From NCBI GenBank assembly GCA_021414235.1, contig JAIOOV010000004.1, positions 409,591 to 473,590 of the forward strand: DNA of 64,000 nt. The letters are read 5' to 3'. Of this stretch, positions 28,712 through 40,512 are shown in pieces. A program made the position numbers and the translations under genes. Within the stretch, counting starts at the first letter, position 1; the number at the start of each line of letters is the position of its first letter. This DNA is from Candidatus Parcubacteria bacterium (GTDB taxonomy: Bacteria > Patescibacteriota > Minisyncoccia > Phycocordibacterales > JAKFXT01). The notes below the pieces were generated by a model. It was not told where the DNA came from. It saw only the letters and a list, made by a program, of their open reading frames with translations, and ran no database searches.

Positions 28712-28954
28712 CTATCTCACCAAAACAGTCGTCTCTTTCGTATTGATCTCCACCGTACCTCCTTTGATAGAGAAACTCTCTTCCCTACCCTGATGCTTCA
28801 CGCGTACGACTCCTTCTTTGAGAAGGGCTACGAGCGGCATGTGATGTGCGAGTACGGCCATCTCCCCTGCTTCGCTCGGCAAAATGACCTCCTCCGCTTC
28901 TCCGCGGAAGAGCACTTCGTCGAGCTTGGCCACAGTAAGCGAGAATGCGATCAT
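28712..28954 (-). CDS. atpC: ATP synthase epsilon subunit (N-terminal domain only)
   Basis: GEMAVLAHHMPLV; last gene of the atp operon. Confidence 0.9.
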   Translation of the reverse strand: MIAFSLTVAKLDEVLFRGEAEEVILPSEAGEMAVLAHHMPLVALLKEGVVRVKHQGREESFSIKGGTVEINTKETTVLVR

Positions 28955-28959
28955 CGGGA

Positions 28960-31285
<2,326 letters not shown>

Positions 31286-31291
31286 ACGGGA

Positions 31292-32848
31292 TTAAGAGCG
31301 ATAGGCGGAGACGAAACCTTCGATAGCGGCACGGAGCTTCTTCTCAGACTCTTCGTCGAGATTGCGGCTCTCACGGATCGTCGTGAGAAGTTCCGCATGT
31401 TGCCCTTCGAGATACTCACGGAGCCGCTCTTCGGCCTTACCGATCTCGGAAATAGCGATACGGTCAAAGAGCCCATGCACTCCGGCATAGATAGAGGCGA
31501 CCTGGAGCTCGAAGCCCAAGGGTTTGCCTTTGTCCTGGATGAGAAGACGAGAGAGGCGCTGACCCTTATCGAGGCGCTGCTTGGTCTCCGGATCGAGATC
31601 AGAGCTAAATTGCATGAAGGCTTCGAGCTCGCGGAACTGCGCGAGCTCCAGGCGGATGCGTCCGGCAACCTTCTTCATGGCCTTGGTCTGCGCAGCAGAA
31701 CCCACGCGAGAGACAGAGAGGCCTACGTTGATGGCAGGCTTGCTGCCTTTGTTGAAGAGATCGGTATCAAGGAAGATCTGTCCGTCAGTGATGGAAATCA
31801 CGTTGGTCGGGATGTAGGCAGAAATGTCACCTGCCTGCGTCTCGATGATGGGAAGCGCAGTGAGAGAGCCTCCACCCTTCTCCTTAGAAAGTTTAGCTGC
31901 GCGCTCGAGAAGACGAGAGTGGAGATAGAAGACGTCGCCCGGGTACGCTTCGCGACCTGGCGGGCGACGGAGAAGGAGGGAGAGCTGACGATAGGCCACG
32001 GCGTGCTTGGAGAGATCGTCATAGATGACCACCGCATCCCTGCCCTGCTCCATGAAGTACTCACCGATCGCAGCACCTGCAAACGGAGCGAGATACTGGA
32101 GCGTAGCCGGGGCGCTCGCAGAGGCAGAGACGATCACCGTGTAGGCCATGGCTCCTTTAGAAGCGAGCTCGTGAGCGAGGTGTGCCACCTTGGATTCCTT
32201 CTGACCAATAGCGACGTATACGCAGATAGGGCGCTTGTCCTCCGGCTCATTGAGCTGGTTGAGGATGGTATCGATGGCGATGGTGGTCTTACCAGTGAAG
32301 CGGTCTCCGATGATGAGCTCACGCTGGCCGCGACCGATAGGAATCATGCTATCAATCGCCTTGATACCGGTATGAAGCGGCACGTTCACCGCAGAGCGGT
32401 CGATCACGCCGTAGGCTTCCCGCTCGATGGGGTACTCTGCAGACGCTTTGATATCGCCCTTGCCGTCGATCGGAGCACCGAGTGCGCTTACCACGCGGCC
32501 GAGCATCCCTTCGCCCACCGGTATGGAGAGGACTTTGCCGAGGCGCTTCACCGTCATACCCTCATGCACGCGCGCGGAGTCCCCGAGCACTACCGCCTTC
32601 ACGCCTTGTTCTTCGAGGTTCAGCACCAGGCCATAGAGCGGGTCCTTGGCAGTATCAAAAGAATCCTTGAGCGCCTTCCCTTCAGCCTCGTCGAACTGAA
32701 GCATCTCCGACATCACCGCCTTGGTGAGGCCGTCGATAGTGGCGACGCCGTCCCCCACGGACATCACGGAGCCGATCTCCTCCACATTAGTGGTGGGGAC
32801 GAATCCTTCGATCTCCTTGCGGATCTTCTCTACGACGAGGTTATGCAT
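31292..32848 (-). CDS. atpA: ATP synthase alpha subunit
   Basis: GDRFTGKT and [22 protein letters not shown] motifs. Confidence 0.98.
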   Translation of the reverse strand: MHNLVVEKIRKEIEGFVPTTNVEEIGSVMSVGDGVATIDGLTKAVMSEMLQFDEAEGKALKDSFDTAKDPLYGLVLNLEEQGVKAVVLGDSARVHEGMTVKRLGKVLSIPVGEGMLGRVVSALGAPIDGKGDIKASAEYPIEREAYGVIDRSAVNVPLHTGIKAIDSMIPIGRGQRELIIGDRFTGKTTIAIDTILNQLNEPEDKRPICVYVAIGQKESKVAHLAHELASKGAMAYTVIVSASASAPATLQYLAPFAGAAIGEYFMEQGRDAVVIYDDLSKHAVAYRQLSLLLRRPPGREAYPGDVFYLHSRLLERAAKLSKEKGGGSLTALPIIETQAGDISAYIPTNVISITDGQIFLDTDLFNKGSKPAINVGLSVSRVGSAAQTKAMKKVAGRIRLELAQFRELEAFMQFSSDLDPETKQRLDKGQRLSRLLIQDKGKPLGFELQVASIYAGVHGLFDRIAISEIGKAEERLREYLEGQHAELLTTIRESRNLDEESEKKLRAAIEGFVSAYRS

Positions 32849-32852
32849 GGAA

Positions 32853-33248
32853 TTAGCGCTTAAGGGATTGCTGGTATAAATCGAGCAGATGGCGTTTGAA
32901 GCTCGCATCGATGCGGAGGTCGCGGGTCTTTATAGTAAATCCGCCGATGAGATACCCATCGAGCGCTTTTACCAAGGCCTGCTCCCCTACGCCGTACTCC
33001 GCGAAGCTCTTCTTGATCTGCTCCACATGCTCGGGAGATGCGGGAGTGGGCGTAGTGATAGTCACAGAATCGCGGGTCTTGAGGAGCTCGGAGTAGCGAT
33101 CGAGCTCGCGGAGGATATGCGGCAGAAGCGTGACATGCCCCTTCTCCTTGAGGAGCACGAAGAAGCGCTCCAAGGTCGCGTCGAGCTCCTTGCCGGATTT
33201 TCCGGCGATGGCGAGAGCTATGGCGAGCGCGTAGTACTTAGCGAGCAT
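32853..33248 (-). CDS. atpH: ATP synthase delta subunit (short)
   Basis: Operon position; [14 protein letters not shown]-terminal motif. Confidence 0.85.
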   Translation of the reverse strand: MLAKYYALAIALAIAGKSGKELDATLERFFVLLKEKGHVTLLPHILRELDRYSELLKTRDSVTITTPTPASPEHVEQIKKSFAEYGVGEQALVKALDGYLIGGFTIKTRDLRIDASFKRHLLDLYQQSLKR

Positions 33249-33702
33249 GGGTAGGGTTTGCCTTCTGGTGAAGGATCTTCTCCGCTGCAAGCAAGGAGAG
33301 CTTAGTGATCTCCTCTTCGCTCTCGCGGAGCGCGCGGCGCTTCTCCTCGTCGGCTTCCTTCTGCGCCTGGCTGATCATCTCTGCACTGCGAAGGGCCGCT
33401 TCGCGGAGGAGCGATTCCTTCTTCTCCTCCCCGTGACGGCGCGCCTCTGCAGAGACCCTTTCCGCCTCACGCTGTGCTTCGTTGCGAGTATGTGCCGCCG
33501 CATCCTCCGCCTCGGAGAGCTTCTTCTCTGCCTCCGCCGCATCCTCTACCCCCTTGGTGATGACGCTCTGCCGCGCAGAGATGAAATCAAGCAACGGCTT
33601 GTACAGGAAGCGCTTGAGGATGAAGAGGAGCAGGACGAAATTGGCTGTTTGAATCAACAGCATCTTCCAGTCCAAGCCGAATGTATGTACGAGTTCTTCC
33701 AT
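33238..33702 (-). CDS. atpF: ATP synthase b subunit
   Basis: QTANFVLLLFILKRFLYKP followed by a coiled coil. Confidence 0.93.
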   Translation of the reverse strand: MEELVHTFGLDWKMLLIQTANFVLLLFILKRFLYKPLLDFISARQSVITKGVEDAAEAEKKLSEAEDAAAHTRNEAQREAERVSAEARRHGEEKKESLLREAALRSAEMISQAQKEADEEKRRALRESEEEITKLSLLAAEKILHQKANPTHAR

Positions 33703-33757
33703 TGGCTAATGTGTTGGAATGAGTTCCAACTAGATTCACCTAAAACCTCTTCAGGCC

Positions 33758-33994
<237 letters not shown>

Positions 33995-34741
33995 TTAGTG
34001 CGGTTCAGTGACCGCGATTTTGATAAAGAAGAGTGTCAGGAGAGCGAAGATCGCCGCCTGGATGACGCTCACCAGAAGCTCGAAGACTAAGAGCGGGACC
34101 GGGAGAACGAGCGGGACGAAAGCCGTCGCCACGAGGATCATCACCTTTCCTGCGAACATGTTTCCGAACAATCGGAAGGAAAAGGAGACGAACCGGGCTA
34201 ATTCGCTGAACAACTCGATGATCCCGATCGCGAAACCGAGGACCGAGTGCAGATTAACAAACTTCGAGCCGTACTTCAACACGCCGAGGACCCCGATACC
34301 CGCCACCTGAATCGAGATCACTGCGGCTATAGCCAAGGCTAAAGTGACGTTGATATCCGTATTCACCGGGCGGATGAGGGCGGTCAGCGTACTCTCTCCA
34401 TGATGCTCCTCGAAAAAGCCAATACTGCCTACCCCAGGGAGGAACCCGAGGAGGTTCCCGATGAGGATGAAGGAGAAGAGAGTGGCGATGAGCGGGAAGA
34501 AGCGCTCCGCGAGCTTACGGTCTTCAAGAACACTCTCCACGTACTCGAATCCCCCGCCGACTGCCGTCTCGAATAAGGTCTGACCTTTGGAGGGAATGAG
34601 CTTGAGGGTGCGCGGGATAACTACGGCGAGCACGAGAAGTATCACGCTCGTAAGAAGCGCTGGGATGAGGGTATTAGTGATGGGAATCCCGAGGAAGTGC
34701 CCGAGGGTATCCGCGCCGAGGGTGATGTGTAAGCCTTCCAT
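33995..34741 (-). CDS. atpB: ATP synthase a subunit
   Basis: SFSFRLFGNMFAG and IQAAIF motifs; ATG at 34741 (the listed upstream extension overlaps tRNA-Pro). Confidence 0.95.
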   Translation of the reverse strand: MEGLHITLGADTLGHFLGIPITNTLIPALLTSVILLVLAVVIPRTLKLIPSKGQTLFETAVGGGFEYVESVLEDRKLAERFFPLIATLFSFILIGNLLGFLPGVGSIGFFEEHHGESTLTALIRPVNTDINVTLALAIAAVISIQVAGIGVLGVLKYGSKFVNLHSVLGFAIGIIELFSELARFVSFSFRLFGNMFAGKVMILVATAFVPLVLPVPLLVFELLVSVIQAAIFALLTLFFIKIAVTEPH

Positions 34742-34768
34742 ACTAAAATGCGACGCGATGGAGCCCTG

Positions 34769-34842
34769 TGGTCGGGCCGCCGGGAATCGAACCCGGTCTC
34801 TACGCACCCGAAGCGCATGTACTACCGGTATACTACGGCCCG
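34769..34842 (-). tRNA. tRNA-Pro(CGG), CCA encoded
   Basis: CGGGCCG/CGGCCCG acceptor stem, TGCGC-TTCGGGT-GCGTA anticodon arm, GGTTCGATTCC T-arm. Confidence 0.95.
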
Positions 34843-34952
34843 GCCACAGGACTCCATCAAAATGCGTTGCGAGTATAGCACGGAGGCTTAAAGCGAGCCA
34901 CGGATACGGTGTATTTCAGAAGAACACGCCGCCATGGTAGCGTAAAGGCATC

Positions 34953-35036
34953 GGGCAGGTGGCGAAATTGGTAGACGCGCCAGCCTTAGGAGCTGGTTCC
35001 ATCAAAAGAGTGGGAGTTCGAGTCTCCCCCTGCCCA
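34953..35036 (+). tRNA. tRNA-Leu(TAG), CCA not encoded
   Basis: GGGCAGG/CCTGCCC acceptor stem, CCAGC-CTTAGGA-GCTGG anticodon arm, long variable arm, GTTCGAGTC. Confidence 0.93.
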
Positions 35037-35089
35037 CAGCGATGTATCGTTTAGCCTTATGCCTTAAGGTTTTTTGCTGATTCTGCTAC

Positions 35090-35118
35090 TTGACTTTTGT
35101 ATTAATATGTGATAGCAT
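35090..35118 (+). promoter_or_regulatory. sigma70 promoter
   Basis: TTGACT-N17-TAGCAT with extended TG. Confidence 0.7.
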
Positions 35119-35189
35119 TTTTGCCAGACCCAAACGGGTACCCTGACAATCGGATCGAGACGATCCCCCGACTCGAGAAAGGACTAACA

Positions 35190-36437
35190 ATGACCCCCCT
35201 GGTTTCTATCCCTCTGGGGATCACCGGAGCAGCCGGCATTCTCTTGCTCGGTTACTACCAGCTCTCAAGCATCGCGTCCAAAAGCGCGAACCGCGAAGAC
35301 GAGAATGGCATCTGGATCGTCAAACGAGAAGGTGAGGCCCGCAGCGTCATCCGCAACGGCACTCACATCAAGACGATCATGGCCTACAGAGGCCATACCA
35401 TCGGCCGCAAAGAGGGCCTCCCCCTCGTCGGCGACGGCTTCGACGATGAATACGTCGTTCCCGAAACCCCACCCGCGCATCCTCGCCTGCACAAATACCT
35501 GCAGCGGATGAACTGGTTCCAGGGTATCGCCTTCGTGGGGGTCCTCAAGGGTACCGAGCTCTACCGAGGACCCTTCGCTTGGATGTCCTTCAAACGAGGA
35601 CTCATGAGCGATAACGAAAAGCCGTTCAAGCAGCATGAGGAAAAGCCGTTTAGCTACCTCTACGTCCAGCCGGCCATATACGTCTTCAAGATGAGCAAGG
35701 TAGAGGTCGCAGGCGAATTCCCTCACGACATCTGGATCCTCGTAACCATCCAGGTGACGAACCCGGCACGGGCCTTTCATCGGATTCCGGCCTGGCTCGA
35801 CGCCACCATCGCGATCCTGGAGCCCCAGCTGCGAGAACTTTTCGGACAGCTGACTCCTACGGAGATCAACCAGGGCAGCATGCGCACTGTGGCGACGGCT
35901 GCCTCTCCGGGAGCGGGTACAACCCCGACCCCAGGGGAAGTTGACGAGCGCCTCCAGAGACTCGAAAAAAGACTCCTAGAAGGGAGTGACGACGAAACCC
36001 AAGTCGCCAAGCTCCTCAGAGATCTCGCTGAGCATGTCACCTACGCAAGGAACAACCCGGAGAAGAGCACCGAGCTCGTCTGCGGAGCCGCCGTCCGGAG
36101 CATCGGGGTATTCTCGATCGACCCGAGCGACGAGTCCCGCCGCAACGCGCTTCTCGCTAAAGAAACCGCTCGGCTCGAGGGAGAAGCCGAAGTCGTCAGA
36201 CAGACCCTTGGTGCGCGTGCAGCCGAAGCCGCAGCCGAAGGTGAGGCAAACGCCATCAAAATGGTCCGTAAAGCCTCAAAGAACATGAACCCGGCAGAGC
36301 TGACGATCGCTCTGGCCAACGTCACCACCAGGGGCTGGGTGGACGCCGCCAGCAAAGGCGCCCGCATCGTCATCAACACCGGCCAAGGTGGAATGACTTC
36401 TTCCCTCCTCACCGCAAGTGAGTTGGAAAAGCCTTGA
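35190..36437 (+). CDS. divergent SPFH/Band-7-like membrane protein
   Basis: N-terminal TM; VTIQVTNPARA..LRELFGQL, GAAVRSIGVFSIDP, and an AEGEANAI coiled tail; SD AAGGA. Confidence 0.65.
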   Translation: MTPLVSIPLGITGAAGILLLGYYQLSSIASKSANREDENGIWIVKREGEARSVIRNGTHIKTIMAYRGHTIGRKEGLPLVGDGFDDEYVVPETPPAHPRLHKYLQRMNWFQGIAFVGVLKGTELYRGPFAWMSFKRGLMSDNEKPFKQHEEKPFSYLYVQPAIYVFKMSKVEVAGEFPHDIWILVTIQVTNPARAFHRIPAWLDATIAILEPQLRELFGQLTPTEINQGSMRTVATAASPGAGTTPTPGEVDERLQRLEKRLLEGSDDETQVAKLLRDLAEHVTYARNNPEKSTELVCGAAVRSIGVFSIDPSDESRRNALLAKETARLEGEAEVVRQTLGARAAEAAAEGEANAIKMVRKASKNMNPAELTIALANVTTRGWVDAASKGARIVINTGQGGMTSSLLTASELEKP

Positions 36438-36456
36438 TTTGCCTTGCCGAACAGCA

Positions 36457-36489
36457 AACCCCGTCGCTCTCGCGACGGGGTTCTTTTTA
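36457..36489 (+). terminator. intrinsic terminator
   Basis: AACCCCGTCGC/GCGACGGGGTT followed by CTTTTT. Confidence 0.85.
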
Positions 36490-36500
36490 TGCTCTGTTAC

Positions 36501-36550
36501 TTGACTTTATTTAATAAACGTGATATCATTCTTACAAAGCCCTTTAACAA
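36501..36550 (+). promoter_or_regulatory. sigma70 promoter followed by a boxA-like element
   Basis: TTGACT-N17-TATCAT; GCCCTTTAACAA at 36539-36550. Confidence 0.65.
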
Positions 36551-36572
36551 GTTCGCAGAAAGAGGTTCTCCC

Positions 36573-37670
36573 ATGATCGACCAAGCCCTCGACTTCCTCT
36601 CCTCATTCTGGGGATTCGTGAGTCTCGTTGCCCTCGGAGTGGCGATCCTTGCTGTCGTAAACTGGACCTACGGGAACAGGACGCGCATGGCATTCACCAT
36701 CGTCGCTCTCATCGTGGGTTACACCCTGATCATCATCGGCTGGCAGCAGTGGGACACTGAGTACAACAAGCCAATCCTGGCCGTGTTGATCCTCGCAGCC
36801 ATCGCCGTCGCCCTCACTCTTGGGCTCAAAAAGGCGTTCCCGCCCGACCAACTGAAGGCGTGGTTCAAAGAGTACTGGGGATGGTTCCTCATAGGGATCA
36901 TGCCGCTTCTCGCTCTCGTGATTCTCTTCGGCGCAGACGGCTTAGCTATCGCCCTCTCCGGACCGTTCCTCCTGGCATACGCCATCATCATGATCTTGGC
37001 GGTGTTCCTCAAGTGGATTCTGGTGCCCTGGGGAATCGCAGCTTTCCTCCTGGGTATCTGGATCTTCGGCGGAACGCCGCAAGGCTTCCTGAACGGATTC
37101 GTTGGCAATACAACCTCGGTTGCTAAAGCCATCAAAGCCGACGCAAAAGCAGGAGCGGCACAGGCCAGCTGGATCGCGCAAGCGATGCAACCCGGGATGC
37201 GCCCTCATGAGAAGGCTCCTCCCGCCTACCTTGTCTCCACGATACCAGTCGAGACGGACAGGTTTCAGCTCTTCAACAACAAGAGTCACGGCTTCAAGGA
37301 TCTATGCAAGGACAAACCCTGCATCAACCCCCCGAACGCCCCCTACTGGGACGGAAAGGTCAACCAGAACAACGCACAGACCGCCCCTGCTCCGGCCAAG
37401 ACTCAGACAGCCAACCTCAAGCCGGCAGAGGTACCCTCCCTAATCGTCGAGCCCCAGTCAGCCGACGTCGTAAGCACCAGCCCGCTTCCTCGCGGCAGGT
37501 GCGTCCGAGCGAAGAGCGGCTATCCGGATATCTGGCACGCCGCCAGTAACCAGCGCCGGGAGCTCTACAAGGACTGGGTGGAGATCAGCATGTCGGGAGA
37601 CACCTATCCCCTGCTGAGCGAGAATGGAAAAAAAGCGACGGTTGAAGTCGCCCCCTGCGCCCGCTCGTGA
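36573..37670 (+). CDS. multi-TM membrane protein with Pro/Ala-rich, Cys-containing C-terminal domain
   Basis: About 6 TM segments then a soluble tail; SD AGAGG. Confidence 0.75.
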   Translation: MIDQALDFLSSFWGFVSLVALGVAILAVVNWTYGNRTRMAFTIVALIVGYTLIIIGWQQWDTEYNKPILAVLILAAIAVALTLGLKKAFPPDQLKAWFKEYWGWFLIGIMPLLALVILFGADGLAIALSGPFLLAYAIIMILAVFLKWILVPWGIAAFLLGIWIFGGTPQGFLNGFVGNTTSVAKAIKADAKAGAAQASWIAQAMQPGMRPHEKAPPAYLVSTIPVETDRFQLFNNKSHGFKDLCKDKPCINPPNAPYWDGKVNQNNAQTAPAPAKTQTANLKPAEVPSLIVEPQSADVVSTSPLPRGRCVRAKSGYPDIWHAASNQRRELYKDWVEISMSGDTYPLLSENGKKATVEVAPCARS

Positions 37671-37699
37671 ATATGTTCTTGCCCCGCAATCGGGGCGAC

Positions 37700-37742
37700 C
37701 CGCCGCAGCTCCTCACCGAGCTGCGGCGGTTTTCTTTTCTTC
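37700..37742 (+). terminator. intrinsic terminator
   Basis: CCGCCGCAGCTC/GAGCTGCGGCGG followed by TTTTCTTTT. Confidence 0.85.
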
Positions 37743-37746
37743 AGTG

Positions 37747-37819
37747 TGGACCCTACCGGGATCGAACCGGTCACCTCTTCCATGCCATGGAAGCGCTCTA
37801 CCAAATGAGCTAAGGGCCC
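37747..37819 (-). tRNA. tRNA-Ala(GGC), CCA not encoded
   Basis: GGGCCCT/AGGGTCC acceptor stem with G3:U70, CTTCC-ATGGCAT-GGAAG anticodon arm. Confidence 0.95.
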
Positions 37820-37916
37820 TTATAGAAACAAAAATAGAGTAGCGTCTTAGACGATCAAGAGCAAGACGATACCGGAGTTATCCTCCTAGACCCTCCCCGC
37901 CACTCTCGCGTACAAT

Positions 37917-38876
37917 ATGAAGCACCTTTCTTCTCGAGAGCATATGAACCGCAAGTATCGCTTCCTGGTCATCGCCGCTTCTTCTTTCGTAGCCTTCTTG
38001 GCTATCGCCTCCCTCCTCGCCTGGCGCGGCTCGGTAGCGCCGGACGTTCCCCCTCTCCTCACCACCAACCTCGACTTAGAGAACAAGGTCATCCTTGATG
38101 AGCCCGGCTTCGAGATGCCCTGGCCGCTCTCTGCGGCCACCAATGTATTCTATGCCATCGGCGAGACCTTCTCGGATAGCGGGAACCGCCTCGTCGCCCT
38201 CGCGAGCCCTTCTACGAAGTACATAAAAGTCCTCCCTGGCATGCGCAAGGAACAGATGGCTGAGGTCATCGGCAAGCAGCTCGGCTGGGATGAGTATGAC
38301 AAAGAGATCTTCGCCTCTGCGGTAACCTCCTCCGGATTGATCAACGCCGAGGGGTATTTCTATCCCGGCTCCTACCTCATCGGCTCAAGCACCAGCCCCC
38401 AGGCACTCAGCAGCATGATGCTGGAGCGCTACGAAGAGCAGATCGGCAGCCGCTACGCTTCTTCTACTAAGAAGACCATCAATCCGCAGACTGCTTTAAA
38501 GATCGCCTCCATCATCGAGCGCGAAGCGGGCGGCCTTCACGACATGCGCCTCATCTCCGGCGTCATCTGGAACCGCGTATTCAGAGGCATGAGCCTGGAT
38601 ATGGATGCCACTCTTCAGTATGTAAAAGGAAGCAAAGAGAACGGCTGGTGGCCTCGCGTCCTCTCCAAGGACAAGTTCATCGACTCCCCCTACAACACCT
38701 ATCAAAACAAAGGCTTCCCTCCGACCCCTATTTCTAATCCCAGCCGCGCCTCCATCGAAGCAGCCCTCAATCCCAAAAAGACCGACTACCTCTTCTATCT
38801 CCACGATCGCTACGGCAACATCCATCCTGCACGCACCTACAAAGAACACGTCGCCAACATCAAGCGCTGGCTGTAG
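37917..38876 (+). CDS. mltG: endolytic transglycosylase MltG (paralog 2)
   Basis: EGYFYPGSY, ASIIEREA, LDMDATLQY and SPYNTY..PPTPISNP motifs. Confidence 0.9.
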   Translation: MKHLSSREHMNRKYRFLVIAASSFVAFLAIASLLAWRGSVAPDVPPLLTTNLDLENKVILDEPGFEMPWPLSAATNVFYAIGETFSDSGNRLVALASPSTKYIKVLPGMRKEQMAEVIGKQLGWDEYDKEIFASAVTSSGLINAEGYFYPGSYLIGSSTSPQALSSMMLERYEEQIGSRYASSTKKTINPQTALKIASIIEREAGGLHDMRLISGVIWNRVFRGMSLDMDATLQYVKGSKENGWWPRVLSKDKFIDSPYNTYQNKGFPPTPISNPSRASIEAALNPKKTDYLFYLHDRYGNIHPARTYKEHVANIKRWL

Positions 38877-38909
38877 CTCCGTACTTTTAGATATTGTAGG
38901 CTTCCCCCT

Positions 38910-39728
38910 ATGAAGCTTCTGGTAGTGATGAAGACCTACTCCAAGGACAACCGCGACCCTTCACGGGAGCGCTACTGCAAGGCGCCCAAGTCCGAGGTCA
39001 TGCTGCGCTGCCTCTTCTCGGTAGTACGCTCCCTCGCCGAGCTCCAGGGGGATATAAAGCTGGTCCTCATCAACAACAAGGACGACACTGCGCACCTCCC
39101 TGCCATACGCGGCATCCTCTCCCTCCTGCCCCACCCCTCCGAGATCGTCTTCATCGACCCTCCAGTGCCGCCCATCGCTCCTACGACCACCGACCGACAG
39201 ACTACGCCAGGAGCAGCCTTGGCCGCCTTCCAATACGGACTGGCCCACGGAGAAGGTGGCCTCCTGTACTTCGTGGACGACGACTATCTCCACGACGAGG
39301 GCGCCATCGCCAAGATGGTGGGAGCTCAGAGGCTCTTTAGCCAGAACCTTGGCCGCGAAGCCTGCATCGATGGTTTCAATGATCCCTTCCGTTACTACGA
39401 GCCGCGCAATATCGAGCCGACCCGCGTAGTGCACGGCCCTGACCGCCACTGGCGCCTCACCTATTTCTCTACCGCTACTTTCCTCATCCCCCACTCCATA
39501 CTGAAAAACTACTGGCACTACTTCGAAGCTCTGGGCAAGCATCCTTCCGACGGCAAGGCCGAGGACGACACCGTCAACCACCTCTGGCAAGACGTGGGCG
39601 TGCCCCTGTTCATGCCCATCCCCTCAGTCTCCCTCCATCTGCAGTTTGATACCGAAAAAGATCCCTTCATCGACTGGAAATCTTGGTGGGAGAATGCGGA
39701 TTACCGGCAGGCAATCGAGGTTATTTAG
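38910..39728 (+). CDS. GT-A fold glycosyltransferase-like protein
   Basis: YFVDDDYLH DxD motif, STATF and PIPSVSLH. Confidence 0.7.
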   Translation: MKLLVVMKTYSKDNRDPSRERYCKAPKSEVMLRCLFSVVRSLAELQGDIKLVLINNKDDTAHLPAIRGILSLLPHPSEIVFIDPPVPPIAPTTTDRQTTPGAALAAFQYGLAHGEGGLLYFVDDDYLHDEGAIAKMVGAQRLFSQNLGREACIDGFNDPFRYYEPRNIEPTRVVHGPDRHWRLTYFSTATFLIPHSILKNYWHYFEALGKHPSDGKAEDDTVNHLWQDVGVPLFMPIPSVSLHLQFDTEKDPFIDWKSWWENADYRQAIEVI

Positions 39729-39750
39729 TCCTAAAGCACCGGGGCAAGAG

Positions 39751-39784
39751 AGACCTTGACAGGTCTATATATGTGGTTTAAGGT
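39751..39784 (+). promoter_or_regulatory. sigma70 promoter with a palindrome over the -35
   Basis: TTGACA-N17-TAAGGT; AGACCT-TGAC-AGGTCT inverted repeat. Confidence 0.65.
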
Positions 39785-39840
39785 GTTCGAGCCTTGCCGG
39801 AGAGTCCGGTACAGTGCACACCCAACGGGAGTTCGTTCAC

Positions 39841-40233
39841 ATGCAGCGTTTCTCGAAGTTCAGTGGCAACCCGATCCTCCACACCCTTCTGACCTCCGCC
39901 GCGGCGACCATCACCGGCATCGATCCGCAGAAGGCGAAGACCGAGTCCTACCGCCAGCAGACCGTCGGCAAGATCGAGATGGCCGGCACGACGCTGAAGG
40001 CGCTCGCCAAGGACCTGCCGCCGAACGACTTCAAGGAGATCGTGAGCGAGTTCGACAGCATCATCGGCGGCCGCCTCGGCGACTTCAGCAAGCAGGGCTC
40101 GATCCACGCCAAGCTGGGCGACCTGAAGGTCGACCTCGGCAAGCTGGCCAGCCCCGGCGCCAACGGCACCGGCCACCAGAAGGACCAGCGGCCGCAGTCC
40201 GGCGCCAAGCTGGGCGATCGCATCGCCGCCTGA
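39841..40233 (+). CDS. orphan protein (130 aa), very high GC3
   Basis: GGGAG SD, near-exclusive G/C third positions in this frame, own promoter and two downstream hairpins. Confidence 0.75.
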   Translation: MQRFSKFSGNPILHTLLTSAAATITGIDPQKAKTESYRQQTVGKIEMAGTTLKALAKDLPPNDFKEIVSEFDSIIGGRLGDFSKQGSIHAKLGDLKVDLGKLASPGANGTGHQKDQRPQSGAKLGDRIAA

Positions 40234-40253
40234 TCGGCAACACTGCACCTTCC

Positions 40254-40320
40254 TGACGGGGCGCCTTCGGGCGCCCCGTTACCACCCTCACCCGCCCCCA
40301 AAGGCGGTTTTTGTTTTTAT
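40254..40320 (+). terminator. UUCG hairpin plus intrinsic terminator
   Basis: TGACGGGGCGCC-TTCG-GGCGCCCCGTTA; then CCGCC/GGCGG + TTTTTGTTTTT. Confidence 0.8.
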
Positions 40321-40377
40321 ACCCACCCTCGATTCATCTAGCTTTTCAGGAGATTTCGTGTAAATATGCCTGTCTAA

Positions 40378-40450
40378 GGGCCCTTAGCTTAGTTGGTAGA
40401 GCGCCTCATTTGCAATGAGGAGGTCGGGAGTTCGAATCTCCCAGGGTCCA
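40378..40450 (+). tRNA. tRNA-Ala(TGC), CCA not encoded
   Basis: GGGCCCT/AGGGTCC acceptor stem with G3:U70, CCTCA-TTTGCAA-TGAGG anticodon arm. Confidence 0.95.
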
Positions 40451-40461
40451 CTACGGCAGAC

Positions 40462-40490
40462 AAAGGGACCGCAAAGGTCCCTTTTGCTTT
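40462..40490 (+). terminator. terminator after tRNA-Ala (probably bidirectional)
   Basis: AAAGGGACC-GCAAA-GGTCCCTTTT. Confidence 0.8.
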
Positions 40491-40512
40491 GAAAATACTA
40501 GCAAAACAAAAA

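Noticed and set aside
31397-32863. Long antisense ORFs (e.g. 488 aa opposite atpA, 444 aa opposite dnaG, 358 aa opposite the ATP-cone gene)
   Set aside because: Shadow frames produced by the strong codon bias of the real genes; no motifs or expression signals
37645-37665. CCCCCTGC match to the tRNA-Leu 3' end as a possible attR
   Set aside because: Only about 8 nt, inside a CDS, expected by chance
37747-40450. Inverted tRNA-Ala pair as ends of an invertible or integrated element
   Set aside because: The similarity is ordinary isoacceptor homology; both tRNA 3' ends point outward and no recombinase is present
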